Shown here: positions 8,741 to 18,076 of the stretch, one piece after another
Layout: each line of letters begins with the position of its first letter
Numbering within the stretch: position 1 is the first letter of the stretch
Assembly (NCBI GenBank): GCA_963662465.1
Contig: OY759599.1
Span: forward strand, 4,576,001 to 4,640,000
Source: Desulfatiglandales bacterium
GTDB lineage: Bacteria > Desulfobacterota > DSM-4660 > Desulfatiglandales > Desulfatiglandaceae
Direction of reading: 5' to 3'
DNA: 64,000 nucleotides
The notes under the pieces: model-generated
The model's database searches: none
Told to the model about the DNA's origin: nothing
Seen by the model: only the letters and a program-made list of their open reading frames with translations
Position numbers and translations under genes: made by a program

Positions 8741-10897
8741 TTAACTCCCTTTTCCTGCTTTATCAAAAACCCATTTCTCCAGCATTTCGTACACCAGTTC
8801 CCGTTTCACCGGTTTGCTCATGTAATCATTCATGCCCGCCTCCATGCAACGGGCGCGGTCCCCCTCCATGGCGCCGGCGGTCATGGCAATAATGGGGAGA
8901 TCATTGAACCCGGCGTCACGAATGGCGCGCGTCGCCTCCAGACCGTCCATTTCAGGCATCATGACGTCCATGAGAACCAAATCAAAAGCCTGGGGTTGTT
9001 CCAGGACCTTTTCCACCGCAATCTTTCCGTTTTCAACCACGGTTACCTGGTAACCGGCCTTTGACAACATGATTTTTGCCAGTTTCTGGTTTACGGGGTT
9101 GTCTTCGGCCAGGAGAATCCGTGCGGCACGCTTGGCGTCTTCCCGTACGGAATACTGGGTCATGATGACGTGGGGTTGCGCACCGGTCTTTTCCTGTTCC
9201 GGGAGTTTCCACTTTTCCCCGAAAATCCGCCGCAGCATCTGGAACAGTTTTTTTCGCTGAAGGGGCTTGTTGAGGAACCCGTCAAAGCCGGCCTCCGCAC
9301 ATCTTCTGGCATCCCGCTGCATAACCGAGGAGAGGGCAATCAGGGGCAGGCCTTTGAAATCCGCCACTTTTCGAATCCCTTCGGCCACCCCGTAACCGCT
9401 GATCTCGGGCATCTGGATATCGATGATACAGAAATCATAGGGAGATTTCCTTTCGCGTCCCTCTCTAAGGACATCCACCACCCCGCTGCTCCGATCCAGT
9501 GCCGTCACATGAATCCGCGCCATTTCCAACACATATCTCAGAATATCCAGGTTGCTCTGGTTATCATCCACAATGAGCGCCTTCTTACCACTCAGGGAGA
9601 CCGTTTCAAAACGCGGGGGTTCCGCCGCTTCGGCAATTTCCATTTGCGCCGTAAAATGGAATCGGCTCCCCTTCCCCGGTTCGCTTTCCACCCAGATATC
9701 GCCGCCCAGCAACCGTACGATCTGTTTGCAGATGGCGAGGCCCAGGCCCGTCCCCCCGAACCGGCGGGTGGTGGAACCATCCGCCTGCCGAAAGGGTTCA
9801 AAGATACTCTCAAGCTTATCCACGGGAATACCGATGCCCGTATCGCGCACCACCACATGCAGGGTTAATCGATCCTCCCTTTCCTCCCGAACCTGCAGAC
9901 GCAATTCAATTTCACCTTCTTCGGTAAATTTGGAGGCATTGCCCATGAGGTTCACGATCACCTGGCGGAGGCGGCCTGGATCCCCTTTGAGTCGGTACGG
10001 CAGGTTGTTGTCAATGCGGCACAGAATCTCCACTGCTCCCGAGCCGACCCGCGGACGAATCATGTGGCACACGTCATAGGCCAGAAGTTCGGGGTCAAAC
10101 TCTATGAAATCCAGTTCCATCTCCCCGGATTCCACCTTGGAAAAGTCGAGGATATCATTGATCAGCGTCAGGAGCGCCTCACCGCTCTTTTTGATGGTTT
10201 CACCATAATCCACCTGTTCCTCATTGAGAGACGTATCCATGAGCATTTCCGTAAATCCGATAACCGCATTCATGGGGGTTCGAATTTCATGGCTCATGGT
10301 GGCCAGAAAACGGCTTTTTGCCTGAGCAGCCATATCCGCCGCCCGCTTGGCCGCCCGCAAATCCACTTCCACCTGCTTACGTCTGTCAATCTCCGATTCA
10401 AGAACCCGGTTGGCGGTGACCAGTTCCGCGGTCCGATCCGCCACCCGCTGCTCCAGTGTTTCATTGGTTTTTTGGAGTTCCGCCACCAATGTTCGGTTTT
10501 CCTGAACCAGACGGTAGTGTTCAAAGGCCTGCTGAACCACCGTTTCCAGCTCGGTGGGTTCCCAGGGTTTTCCCAGGTAATGAAAGACGTCCCCGTCGTT
10601 CACCGCTGAAATAACAGCCTCGATGTCAGAATAGCCGGTCAGGAGGATGCGGACGGTATCGGGATAGTCTTTTTTCAGACAGTAAAACAGTTCCGCCCCC
10701 GTCATACCCGGCATGCGCTGATCGGAAATAACCACCTGCGCCGGCTTTTCCCTCATGCGCAAACACGCCTCTTCGGCACTTTCCGCCATGACAACACTGT
10801 ATTTTTTTCGAAAAAGCCGGCGAAGGGACCGCACCACTTCCTTTTCGTCATCCACCAGAAGCAAAATTTTCGGATCAGCTTGGGAAACATCAACCAT
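8741..10897 (-). CDS. Hybrid histidine kinase REC-HisKA-HATPase-REC-REC
   Basis: N-terminal REC (SDQRMP), SHEIRTP, two C-terminal REC; ATG 10897 with RBS GGGGAG. Confidence 0.9.
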   Translation of the reverse strand: MVDVSQADPKILLLVDDEKEVVRSLRRLFRKKYSVVMAESAEEACLRMREKPAQVVISDQRMPGMTGAELFYCLKKDYPDTVRILLTGYSDIEAVISAVNDGDVFHYLGKPWEPTELETVVQQAFEHYRLVQENRTLVAELQKTNETLEQRVADRTAELVTANRVLESEIDRRKQVEVDLRAAKRAADMAAQAKSRFLATMSHEIRTPMNAVIGFTEMLMDTSLNEEQVDYGETIKKSGEALLTLINDILDFSKVESGEMELDFIEFDPELLAYDVCHMIRPRVGSGAVEILCRIDNNLPYRLKGDPGRLRQVIVNLMGNASKFTEEGEIELRLQVREEREDRLTLHVVVRDTGIGIPVDKLESIFEPFRQADGSTTRRFGGTGLGLAICKQIVRLLGGDIWVESEPGKGSRFHFTAQMEIAEAAEPPRFETVSLSGKKALIVDDNQSNLDILRYVLEMARIHVTALDRSSGVVDVLREGRERKSPYDFCIIDIQMPEISGYGVAEGIRKVADFKGLPLIALSSVMQRDARRCAEAGFDGFLNKPLQRKKLFQMLRRIFGEKWKLPEQEKTGAQPHVIMTQYSVREDAKRAARILLAEDNPVNQKLAKIMLSKAGYQVTVVENGKIAVEKVLEQPQAFDLVLMDVMMPEMDGLEATRAIRDAGFNDLPIIAMTAGAMEGDRARCMEAGMNDYMSKPVKRELVYEMLEKWVFDKAGKGS

Positions 10898-10960
10898 GAC
10901 GTTTCTCCCCCAAAGAGGTTTCGAAAAAACCGGCAAAACAACAAAAGGCCATTACGTTAT

Positions 10961-12070
10961 TCAAGGCGCCGCCTTAATGGTCTCGATAAAGCTGTTGTAA
11001 AAACGCTCGGCGTCAATGTCGAAGCAGACATCCACTTCATTTCCATAGGGGCTTTCGACGGTTGTCCCGAATGTCTGGTCGTCGCCGATCTCCACCATGA
11101 CCTTCACCTTCCGGCGGTTGGTGCAGATTGCCGGATCAACCACCATGGACGCGGCCACCGGATCCCAGAAATAGGTGGGCACTTGCTGATCCAGCAGCGG
11201 TTGAATGACGCCCACAATAAACCGGGCCACCAATCGGTCAAGATTTTTCAAGGGATCCAGCACCGTATCGGAGACCGGGGCCTGAGTGGACGCATTGAGG
11301 GGCGATATCAGGACGGAAACACCCGATTGCAGGATCACGGAAAAGGCCTGAACATCCAAAAGAACATTGTACTCCGCCGTGTTTTCCTCCTCCGACAAAG
11401 CGGCCAGGGTCCGGTAAGAGGCTGTTTCCTCAATGGTGGTTTGGGGCGGTACGGTCACGATATTGCCCAGATGGGGAGCAAAAGCGCCGGCGCTCATGAC
11501 GATCCGCTCAATATTGTCGGCAATATCCGGCGCCATCTGAAGGGCCAGGGCAATATTGGTCATGGGTCCAAGGCCCAGAATGGTGACCTTGTCAGGCGCG
11601 TTCCGTATTAATTCCACCAGGAGCTGAGCCGACGACAGGGGATCCGGCGGCGCTTTGATATCCGGGAGACCTGCATCCGCATAAAATTTCAGGGCGCTCT
11701 CCCGCCACTCGTCGGGAAATCCGCCAAACGGAAGGATAGCGGTGTTGGCGCCGTAGGACACCGGCGTCTCGGTTGCCCCTCCCAAATCGACCAGCTTCAA
11801 CGCCACGGGGACCCCGTCCACCTGAAGCATAAAACCCGTGCCCGTAACCGTGAGCGCGTCAAGCTTCACGCCGGCGGCGTTCATGAGATACAAAATGGCC
11901 ATGGCGTCATCCGAATCCACGTCCGTATCCACAATCACATGTTTGATTGATGACGCAGGCGCCGGAGCGCTTGAATTGTCGTCGGAACAGGCGCCGATAC
12001 AGAGTATAAACCCGGCGCAAATGGTTACGAAAAGCTTCTTTAACAACGGGACTACGGATTTGTGTTGCAC
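10961..12070 (-). CDS. Nucleoside hydrolase (inosine-uridine-preferring family), probable lipoprotein
   Basis: DTDVDSDD, LGPMTN, AEYN, WDP motifs; lipobox-like IGAC; GTG start with RBS AAGGAGG. Confidence 0.85.
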   Translation of the reverse strand: MQHKSVVPLLKKLFVTICAGFILCIGACSDDNSSAPAPASSIKHVIVDTDVDSDDAMAILYLMNAAGVKLDALTVTGTGFMLQVDGVPVALKLVDLGGATETPVSYGANTAILPFGGFPDEWRESALKFYADAGLPDIKAPPDPLSSAQLLVELIRNAPDKVTILGLGPMTNIALALQMAPDIADNIERIVMSAGAFAPHLGNIVTVPPQTTIEETASYRTLAALSEEENTAEYNVLLDVQAFSVILQSGVSVLISPLNASTQAPVSDTVLDPLKNLDRLVARFIVGVIQPLLDQQVPTYFWDPVAASMVVDPAICTNRRKVKVMVEIGDDQTFGTTVESPYGNEVDVCFDIDAERFYNSFIETIKAAP

Positions 12071-12232
12071 GATATCCCTCCTTAACCTCTCATAAACTGC
12101 GGTAACACGGCTTTTAAGCAATAAGACATTGCTTTTTCAAGGGAAAATATAGGGGAAATAACATTATGGGTCAAGCACAAAGGGGTTCCCGTCAGAGAAT
12201 ATCGCCGTTCCAGATTTTTTCACGACATGATA

Positions 12233-13162
12233 TTACGTTAAACCGAGTTTCCTGAATCTCTCATGGAGGAGATCCATGTATTGCGTTTTCATGGCATTAG
12301 ATAAAAAACATTTTTGAATCAGATCAGTCCATATGGGAAATGCCTTTACGATGCGACCTATCGTTTGTTCTATGGATTTTTGGGATAAATCGAGGCGTGT
12401 TTTTGCGAAGTACACGAAAAAATCATCCTTCTTCAGTTTATTTTTCTTGCCGCCCAGCGGCAATGCAAGCTCTTCCCGAGCATTTAAAATAATCGTTGTG
12501 TTCAAGAGATCATAAGCCGGTGAGAGTTCGACTTTCAGATCGCGGCAGATCACGGAGAAATTTTTTAGATGCATATCTTCATTTCCAACGAGATAATTAA
12601 AAAGGGTTAGCGTAAACAGTTTTAATTTTTCAATGGCCGGAAATGTGCAGAACTGTTCGATAAGGGATATCACCTGCTCCATGGACGAATCATATTTGGT
12701 GTTTCGGTCTTTTCCGGAAAGCTGAGCGAAATCTTCGACCGGTATTTTTTTGTTTCTGCCCACTCGATCAAAACGCCGGATGAAATAGGTCATGGCGCCA
12801 TCTTTAGAATACACCAAACCCTGCAAGGGGGTCTCAATCCCAATGAGTTTCGCCAACCGCATGGTCACATCTTCATTTTCCGGAACTTCCCTGTAATTCT
12901 GCGTTTGCGGTTTAAAAATATAGCGTCCGCCTGTGTCCACAATCTCAAAAATCTCATTTCTTAAATTCAAGCGCACACTTAATTTGGGTTGAACCCCTTG
13001 AATTGATATTTTGGCGGCCCTGGCAATTGCCTCTCTAACCTGCTCCTCGGCGGAAAAGGGGAAATCTTTCAATGACTTCAATCTGGGTGAGAGTTTTTTC
13101 AAACCCTTAAGAGAATACTTGCCGCCTTCACATGCCTCGTAGGTAATGGGACATCGTCTCAT
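12233..13162 (-). CDS. hipA: HipA C-terminal kinase toxin (HipT-like)
   Basis: SIQGVQPK, RRFDR, GNEDMHLKNFS, LSPAYD. Confidence 0.9.
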   Translation of the reverse strand: MRRCPITYEACEGGKYSLKGLKKLSPRLKSLKDFPFSAEEQVREAIARAAKISIQGVQPKLSVRLNLRNEIFEIVDTGGRYIFKPQTQNYREVPENEDVTMRLAKLIGIETPLQGLVYSKDGAMTYFIRRFDRVGRNKKIPVEDFAQLSGKDRNTKYDSSMEQVISLIEQFCTFPAIEKLKLFTLTLFNYLVGNEDMHLKNFSVICRDLKVELSPAYDLLNTTIILNAREELALPLGGKKNKLKKDDFFVYFAKTRLDLSQKSIEQTIGRIVKAFPIWTDLIQKCFLSNAMKTQYMDLLHERFRKLGLT

Positions 13163-13473
13163 TCTTTTTTCTCCTGAACGGTAACAGCGCCCACCAGATC
13201 ATTTCCCACTGCGATTAACTGACTTAAATAATTAAATTTATCAATTTTCCGCTGCCTCAAAAGACCTTCAAGAAGCGGTCCCTCCGGCAGCAGGCCATCG
13301 AAAAACGGCGGAAAACGGTCAAACATAAATTCTTTTCCGTCCGTCGGCATGGTTAACGCAATTGAAGGCCCCCTATATTTTTCAAAATATGCAAACCGGT
13401 ATTTTTTTCCGGCTTCTATTTCCTGTAAAATACCGGCCGGCACACCATGCATCGATACCTCAGCGCTTTTCAT
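13159..13473 (-). CDS. HipA N-terminal domain protein (couple_hipA / HipS-like)
   Basis: PSIALTMP, FPPFFDGLLPEG, DLVGAV; overlaps both neighbours. Confidence 0.88.
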   Translation of the reverse strand: MKSAEVSMHGVPAGILQEIEAGKKYRFAYFEKYRGPSIALTMPTDGKEFMFDRFPPFFDGLLPEGPLLEGLLRQRKIDKFNYLSQLIAVGNDLVGAVTVQEKKE

Positions 13474-13684
13474 TTGGCGCCTCCATCAGCGGACTTGTAA
13501 AGGTAATTTTTATATTCAGGGTCTTAAGCACTTTTTGCAAGGTTGAAAACCGAATGGTTTCTTTTCCTTTTTCAATATCGTAAATAACGGTATTCCCCAC
13601 ACCCGCCAGATCAGCCAATTGATTTCGCGTCAGCCCACTTTTTTTACGATGAAACAGAATCATGTCGCCTATCCCGTAATCCAA
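13460..13684 (-). CDS. XRE-family HTH regulator (HipB-like)
   Basis: RKKSGLTRNQLADLAGVG...IEKG; RBS AGGAGG before a TTG start. Confidence 0.85.
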   Translation of the reverse strand: MDYGIGDMILFHRKKSGLTRNQLADLAGVGNTVIYDIEKGKETIRFSTLQKVLKTLNIKITFTSPLMEAPNEKR

Positions 13685-13699
13685 AGCCTACCTCCTAAA

Positions 13700-13860
13700 T
13701 TGCCGCCTTGACGGCAAAAACATACAATTTATGCTTCAAATTGTCAGCAAGAACAATTGAATACAATTTTTTACCGCGATAAAGGTAAATATTGGCTTCT
13801 TTGTTTTAGGAAAATCGAGGTTTTCATATAGTATGGGTAACTTTACCGCTATGACGGTAA
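13700..13860. promoter_or_regulatory. Three 18-bp imperfect palindromic operators upstream of the hip module
   Basis: TTGCCGCCTTGACGGCAA 13700-13717; TTACCGCGATAAAGGTAA 13771-13788; TTACCGCTATGACGGTAA 13843-13860. Confidence 0.8.
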
Positions 13861-13875
13861 AATTTCAAGGGGATA

Positions 13876-15261
13876 TCAAATGCCATGGACCGCCATTCGT
13901 TTTCCCTCTTCCATTAACCTGTCAAGGCATTCAGTCAAATAAACGGGGATGGAAAGGAGACGGTATGAAACGGCTTGTCCTAAGGTGGTTTTCAGGCTGA
14001 TATCTTCCACAGTGGGCAAATTGAAATTGCATCGGACCGCAAAATCAAGACGTTTTTCCGCCATAAATTGATGGAGAGACTTCATGCTGCCCGCCGGGCC
14101 GGATTTTACCTCTAGTGGGACGACCTGTCCCCCGTGCCGCAAGAGGTAATCGATCTCCCCCTGCCTTCCCCCGGTCCTTTGCCAATAGAAAAGAGAGGCC
14201 TCCATCAGTGGACTTTGCAGTGCCCGCAATTGCTGCCCCACAAATTGTTCCGCCAGACCACCTTTATTCGAAAGAATGAGGTTTGCGGCCTCCCGTCGTC
14301 TGGTTGATGAAATACCCAGCTGGACGGAAATGAATCCGATATCCACCATTAGCGCCTTAAAAAATTTCTCGTTTGACTCAGCCCCCAGCGGCAACCCGTT
14401 TCCAGCGGAGTGGGCGACCCTGGTGCAAACTTTTGCCTGACAGAGCAAATCAAAGGCCTTCTTAATGGGACCGGTTTTGCTCGAAAGATCAACCCGGCTG
14501 TAAACAAATTTACTGCCCATCTGATTGGCTACGGACAACATGATTTTTTGTAACACGGCGGCTTCCATTTCCCCGCCGTATTTGTGGAAATCATCTCGAT
14601 AGGTCGCCAACAGGTCGTGTTGAATCTTCATGCAGGCATCCAGATCTTCAGAACTGATCCATTCCTGAACGACTTCGGGCATTCCCCCCGTGAGACAATA
14701 GGCCTGGTACAACCGGAGACATTTCTCATGGAGGGATTCGGGCATTCCCGATGTCTGTGAAAAGGAAGACAGTTTCCGGTAAAGGGCATCATGGCCGGAT
14801 GCTCGGACGAATTCAAAAAAGGAGATGGGTTCAAGATAAAAATAGGTAATCCGCCCCACCGGCATGCTGTATTGATATTTGCCAAGAGCAAAATCCAGCA
14901 ATGATCCGGCCGCAATGACCGGCAATTCCGGCATATCCTCCTTGAACCATCTGAGTTTTGCAAACAATTCCGGCACAGCCTGGATTTCATCCAGAAAAAG
15001 CAATGAGGATTCACATTTTACGGGAGTGGAAATTTCCGCTTCAATGTTTTTTAAAACCGCTTGAGGACGGTTTTCCGAAAAAAGATCCGCCAGATTGGGA
15101 AAACGTTCCAGGTTCATCTCGATCAATTGAAGATTGTGACGTTTTGCCAGGTCTCTCACAAGCCAGGTCTTGCCCACCTGCCTGGCGCCTCTGAGTACCA
15201 TGGGTTTCCTGTTGGGGTTTTCCAGCCACTGATCGAGGTTACGGGCAACGGACCGAATCAT
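13876..15261 (-). CDS. AAA+ ATPase (AAA_14 + DUF4143)
   Basis: GARQVGKT, FLDEIQ, AGSLL, GGMPEV, C-terminal EIDY...LEVK. Confidence 0.9.
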   Translation of the reverse strand: MIRSVARNLDQWLENPNRKPMVLRGARQVGKTWLVRDLAKRHNLQLIEMNLERFPNLADLFSENRPQAVLKNIEAEISTPVKCESSLLFLDEIQAVPELFAKLRWFKEDMPELPVIAAGSLLDFALGKYQYSMPVGRITYFYLEPISFFEFVRASGHDALYRKLSSFSQTSGMPESLHEKCLRLYQAYCLTGGMPEVVQEWISSEDLDACMKIQHDLLATYRDDFHKYGGEMEAAVLQKIMLSVANQMGSKFVYSRVDLSSKTGPIKKAFDLLCQAKVCTRVAHSAGNGLPLGAESNEKFFKALMVDIGFISVQLGISSTRRREAANLILSNKGGLAEQFVGQQLRALQSPLMEASLFYWQRTGGRQGEIDYLLRHGGQVVPLEVKSGPAGSMKSLHQFMAEKRLDFAVRCNFNLPTVEDISLKTTLGQAVSYRLLSIPVYLTECLDRLMEEGKRMAVHGI

Positions 15262-15288
15262 GCGTCTTCCTCACACCATGCGATAAAC

Positions 15289-15369
15289 AACAACACGTTG
15301 TTTTTATTCAAGACACATTAAAACAACGCGTTGAAATTGTCAAACAACAAAAAAACAACGCGTTGTTTT
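15289..15369 (-). promoter_or_regulatory. Sigma70 promoter overlapped by three AACAACGCGTTGTT-type palindromes
   Basis: TTGACA (15343-15338), 17 bp, TAATGT (15320-15315); palindromes at 15289-15302, 15322-15335, 15352-15369. Confidence 0.75.
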
Positions 15370-15494
15370 GTCATGGGGTCACTCCGGCACTTGAAAACGT
15401 CAAATGCCGCAAGAAGGCGCCGATCTCCTCACAGCGCAAACCTCTCTAAAAGATTTATCGTTGACTGATCAAAGAAAGCTGCTAATATTGCTTC

Positions 15495-15689
15495 ATGACC
15501 CTATTTGAGAAAAACAGGAACGATCTTTCCAAATCCAAATATTGTTACGATTTGAGCAAAGCGATATTGATCTCCATGATTGCTGTTCCGGTTTTCAAAA
15601 AGGAGCTTGACCTGTTAAGCATCACGGTTGGAAGTGTGGCTTCTGCCCTGTTTCTTTTTCTGGGCATGATTTTAAAAGGGGAGAAGTGA
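15495..15689 (+). CDS. Small two-TM membrane protein
   Basis: KYCYDLSK followed by two hydrophobic stretches; upstream TTGACT-16-TAATAT. Confidence 0.55.
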   Translation: MTLFEKNRNDLSKSKYCYDLSKAILISMIAVPVFKKELDLLSITVGSVASALFLFLGMILKGEK

Positions 15690-15691
15690 AA

Positions 15692-15790
15692 ATGCTGACC
15701 ATATATCTTGTTCTCGGTCTGATGGCGTTGGTTGGAATTATTTCGGTCATTATTTATGATAAGAAGAAAGGCGCCGGCAAACAGGGTTAA
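15692..15790 (+). CDS. 32-aa single-TM peptide (absent from ORF track)
   Basis: MLTIYLVLGLMALVGIISVIIYDKKKGAGKQG; RBS GGGGAG. Confidence 0.55.
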   Translation: MLTIYLVLGLMALVGIISVIIYDKKKGAGKQG

Positions 15791-15988
15791 TCTCACACCG
15801 GTTTCGCTCTTGACCGTGATCACCCCTTTGCATCCATAAACAATCCCTTTGATCACAGATAATCCCAAGCCGGTTTCTTCTCCTTTACCCTTGGTAGTGA
15901 AGTACGGATCAAATATTTTCTCAAGGATCGCCGGGCTGATCCCGCAACCGGTGTCTTCAACGCATAACTGCAAATAGCGGCCGGGCAA
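15791..15988 (-). pseudogene. Isolated HATPase_c fragment of a histidine kinase
   Basis: PGRYLQLCVEDTGCGI...FDPYFTTKGKGEETGLGLS with no H-box or credible start. Confidence 0.85.
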
Positions 15989-16040
15989 TAAGGTTGGCGA
16001 CGGTCAGAAGAATGCCGATTAACCCACCGGAGCATTGCCT

Positions 16041-16085
16041 TAAAATGCATTTTATGATAGATACTGACGTCTAAAATGCATTTTA
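16041..16085. promoter_or_regulatory. Two perfect 14-bp palindromes TAAAATGCATTTTA upstream of the second AAA ATPase
   Basis: 16041-16054 and 16072-16085; the first follows a -35-like TTGCCT. Confidence 0.75.
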
Positions 16086-16096
16086 CGGGAGAAAAT

Positions 16097-17431
16097 ATGA
16101 TTTATCTGATCAATACATTCAACCCGCACTGGGAAGGACATGCGTTGCCTGAATGGACATGGCCAAAACGGCGTGTTTTTGGGTATATGCTGAAGCTGAT
16201 GGATGGCCCCCTCTCATTGGGCATTGGCGGGTTACGGAGAATCGGAAAAACAACCCTTTTGAAACAATTAATGGGAAATCTGAATGAAAAAAGGATCCCG
16301 GCCAAGCGGATATGCTACTTTCAATTTGACCGGGATATTGTTCTGAAAGAAGACAGCGTTTTAGAAAGGGTGCTGGATGCCTATATTTTGGATTTTCTGG
16401 ATGAATCCATTGGGCGTATCCAGGAGAAAACATACATCTTTTTAGATGAAATCCAGCTTGTTCCCCGCTGGTCCGACATTATTAAACGGTATTTAGACAG
16501 GGATCCCCCGCTTACGTTTGTGGTTTCCGGGTCATCCTCTTTACTGCTGGAATCGGAATCAGCGGAAAGCCTGGCCGGAAGGCTCGATATGCTGCGTCTC
16601 TCCCCGCCGGATTTCAGGGATTACATGACCATCAATGGATTTGAACCACCGCCTGAATTTAAAATTGATCCCGGTTTGGGAAAGATTCCCACTGAAACCG
16701 CCCTCTATTACGGCGCGAACAGGCCCCGTCTCACGAGGTCATATCTTGACTATTTAAGGTGGGGCGGTTTTCCCCAGTTAAAAGAACTCCACGATGAGGA
16801 ATCGAAACACCGATATATTAAAGAAGTGGTTGTAGAAAAGGTATTGAAATACGATCTTCCGGCCCGGTTTCAACACGAAAATTCGCTTGACCTGGAAATG
16901 CTTTACGGAATCTATGCCGGTGAATATGGACAAATCGTAGAATACAATACCCTTGCCAGGGACATCGGGGTTTCCGTAAACAAACTCAAGAGGCTTACCG
17001 AAGCATTGATGGCCGGGTATCTTGTGCAATACTGTTTCAACCATACCCGCTCTAAAAGAAAATCCGGAAGGACAGGGAAAAAAGTATATTTGAGTACGCC
17101 CTCTCTTGCCGCACACCCCTATGGACCTCTGGATCTTTTTCCTGAAATATTGGGGAGGATCGTAGAAAATGACGTGTTTCTTCGTCTGAGAGAAATGGAT
17201 GAAACCCTGACATTCTGGAGGGTTGGCAGGCAGGAAATTGATTTCATCTTTCACGTACGAAATGTGGTGTTCCCCGTGGTATGTAAAACCGGGCGTTTAA
17301 GATCCAATGATACCCGTTTAATCCGATCTTTGGCGGAGAAATGGGGGGCGCCCTTTTCAGTGATGGTTACAGCCGACACATTCTATTTTTCAGACCCAAC
17401 GATCCTGCGTGTGCCGGCCTTTATGCTTTAA
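16097..17431 (+). CDS. AAA+ ATPase (AAA_14 + DUF4143)
   Basis: GLRRIGKT, FLDEIQ, SGSSS, GGFP, QEIDF; ATG 16097 with RBS GGGAGA. Confidence 0.88.
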   Translation: MIYLINTFNPHWEGHALPEWTWPKRRVFGYMLKLMDGPLSLGIGGLRRIGKTTLLKQLMGNLNEKRIPAKRICYFQFDRDIVLKEDSVLERVLDAYILDFLDESIGRIQEKTYIFLDEIQLVPRWSDIIKRYLDRDPPLTFVVSGSSSLLLESESAESLAGRLDMLRLSPPDFRDYMTINGFEPPPEFKIDPGLGKIPTETALYYGANRPRLTRSYLDYLRWGGFPQLKELHDEESKHRYIKEVVVEKVLKYDLPARFQHENSLDLEMLYGIYAGEYGQIVEYNTLARDIGVSVNKLKRLTEALMAGYLVQYCFNHTRSKRKSGRTGKKVYLSTPSLAAHPYGPLDLFPEILGRIVENDVFLRLREMDETLTFWRVGRQEIDFIFHVRNVVFPVVCKTGRLRSNDTRLIRSLAEKWGAPFSVMVTADTFYFSDPTILRVPAFML

Positions 17432-17441
17432 AGCTCGCTAA

Positions 17442-17537
17442 AAACCGGGCAAAGTGACTGTTTCGCATCCCGAAAAAGACATTCCTATCGGAACACTACG
17501 CAATATTTTTCGGCAAGCAGGATGGGATTGGAGGTAA
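17442..17537 (+). pseudogene. hicA: C-terminal half of HicA toxin (5' end lost)
   Basis: KPGKVTVSHPEKDIPIGTLRNIFRQAGWDWR*, in-frame stop directly upstream, lies just before hicB. Confidence 0.85.
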
Positions 17538-17541
17538 AAAA

Positions 17542-17943
17542 ATGCGATATTCTATTGTAATTCATAAAGACCCCAACTCTGATTATGGTGTTACCATTCC
17601 AGACCTTCCCGGTTGTTTTTCCGCTGGATCCACAATAGAGGAAGCCATAAATATGGCACAAGAAGCGGCTGAGTGTCATATAGAAGGTTTATTAATTGAC
17701 GCTGAACCTATCCCCACACCCAATAACATTGAAGTTCATAGAAATAATCCTGAGTTTAGAGAGGGTTTTTGGGCCTTGGTTGGAATCGATATCAGCAAAC
17801 TTTCTCTAAAATCCAAACGGATCAATATTACCATACCGGAAAGACTCATAAGGACGGTTGATCAATATGCCAAACGGTACGGCGCCAGCAGATCGGGGCT
17901 TTTGTCGGAAGCCGTTACCGAATATATGGCCTCGCATCCATAG
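17542..17943 (+). CDS. hicB: HicB antitoxin with C-terminal RHH
   Basis: YGVTIPDLPGCFSAGSTIEEA; KRINITIP...SRS. Confidence 0.92.
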   Translation: MRYSIVIHKDPNSDYGVTIPDLPGCFSAGSTIEEAINMAQEAAECHIEGLLIDAEPIPTPNNIEVHRNNPEFREGFWALVGIDISKLSLKSKRINITIPERLIRTVDQYAKRYGASRSGLLSEAVTEYMASHP

Positions 17944-17951
17944 CATCGATA

Positions 17952-17996
17952 GATGGTGGAGACACGCTCCAGGGCCGAGAGACTGTCGACGATCAC
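17952..17996 (-). pseudogene. kaiC: 45-bp relic of a kaiC3-type gene
   Basis: 41/45 identical to 48031-48075; encodes the identical peptide [15 protein letters not shown]; all 4 differences are synonymous. Confidence 0.85.
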
Positions 17997-18076
17997 TGTC
18001 CACAATATCAGCATAAACCAAGTGTAACGGCCTAACCAATAGGATCCCCTCTTGTTTGGTTCAGGTCTATTCTTAA

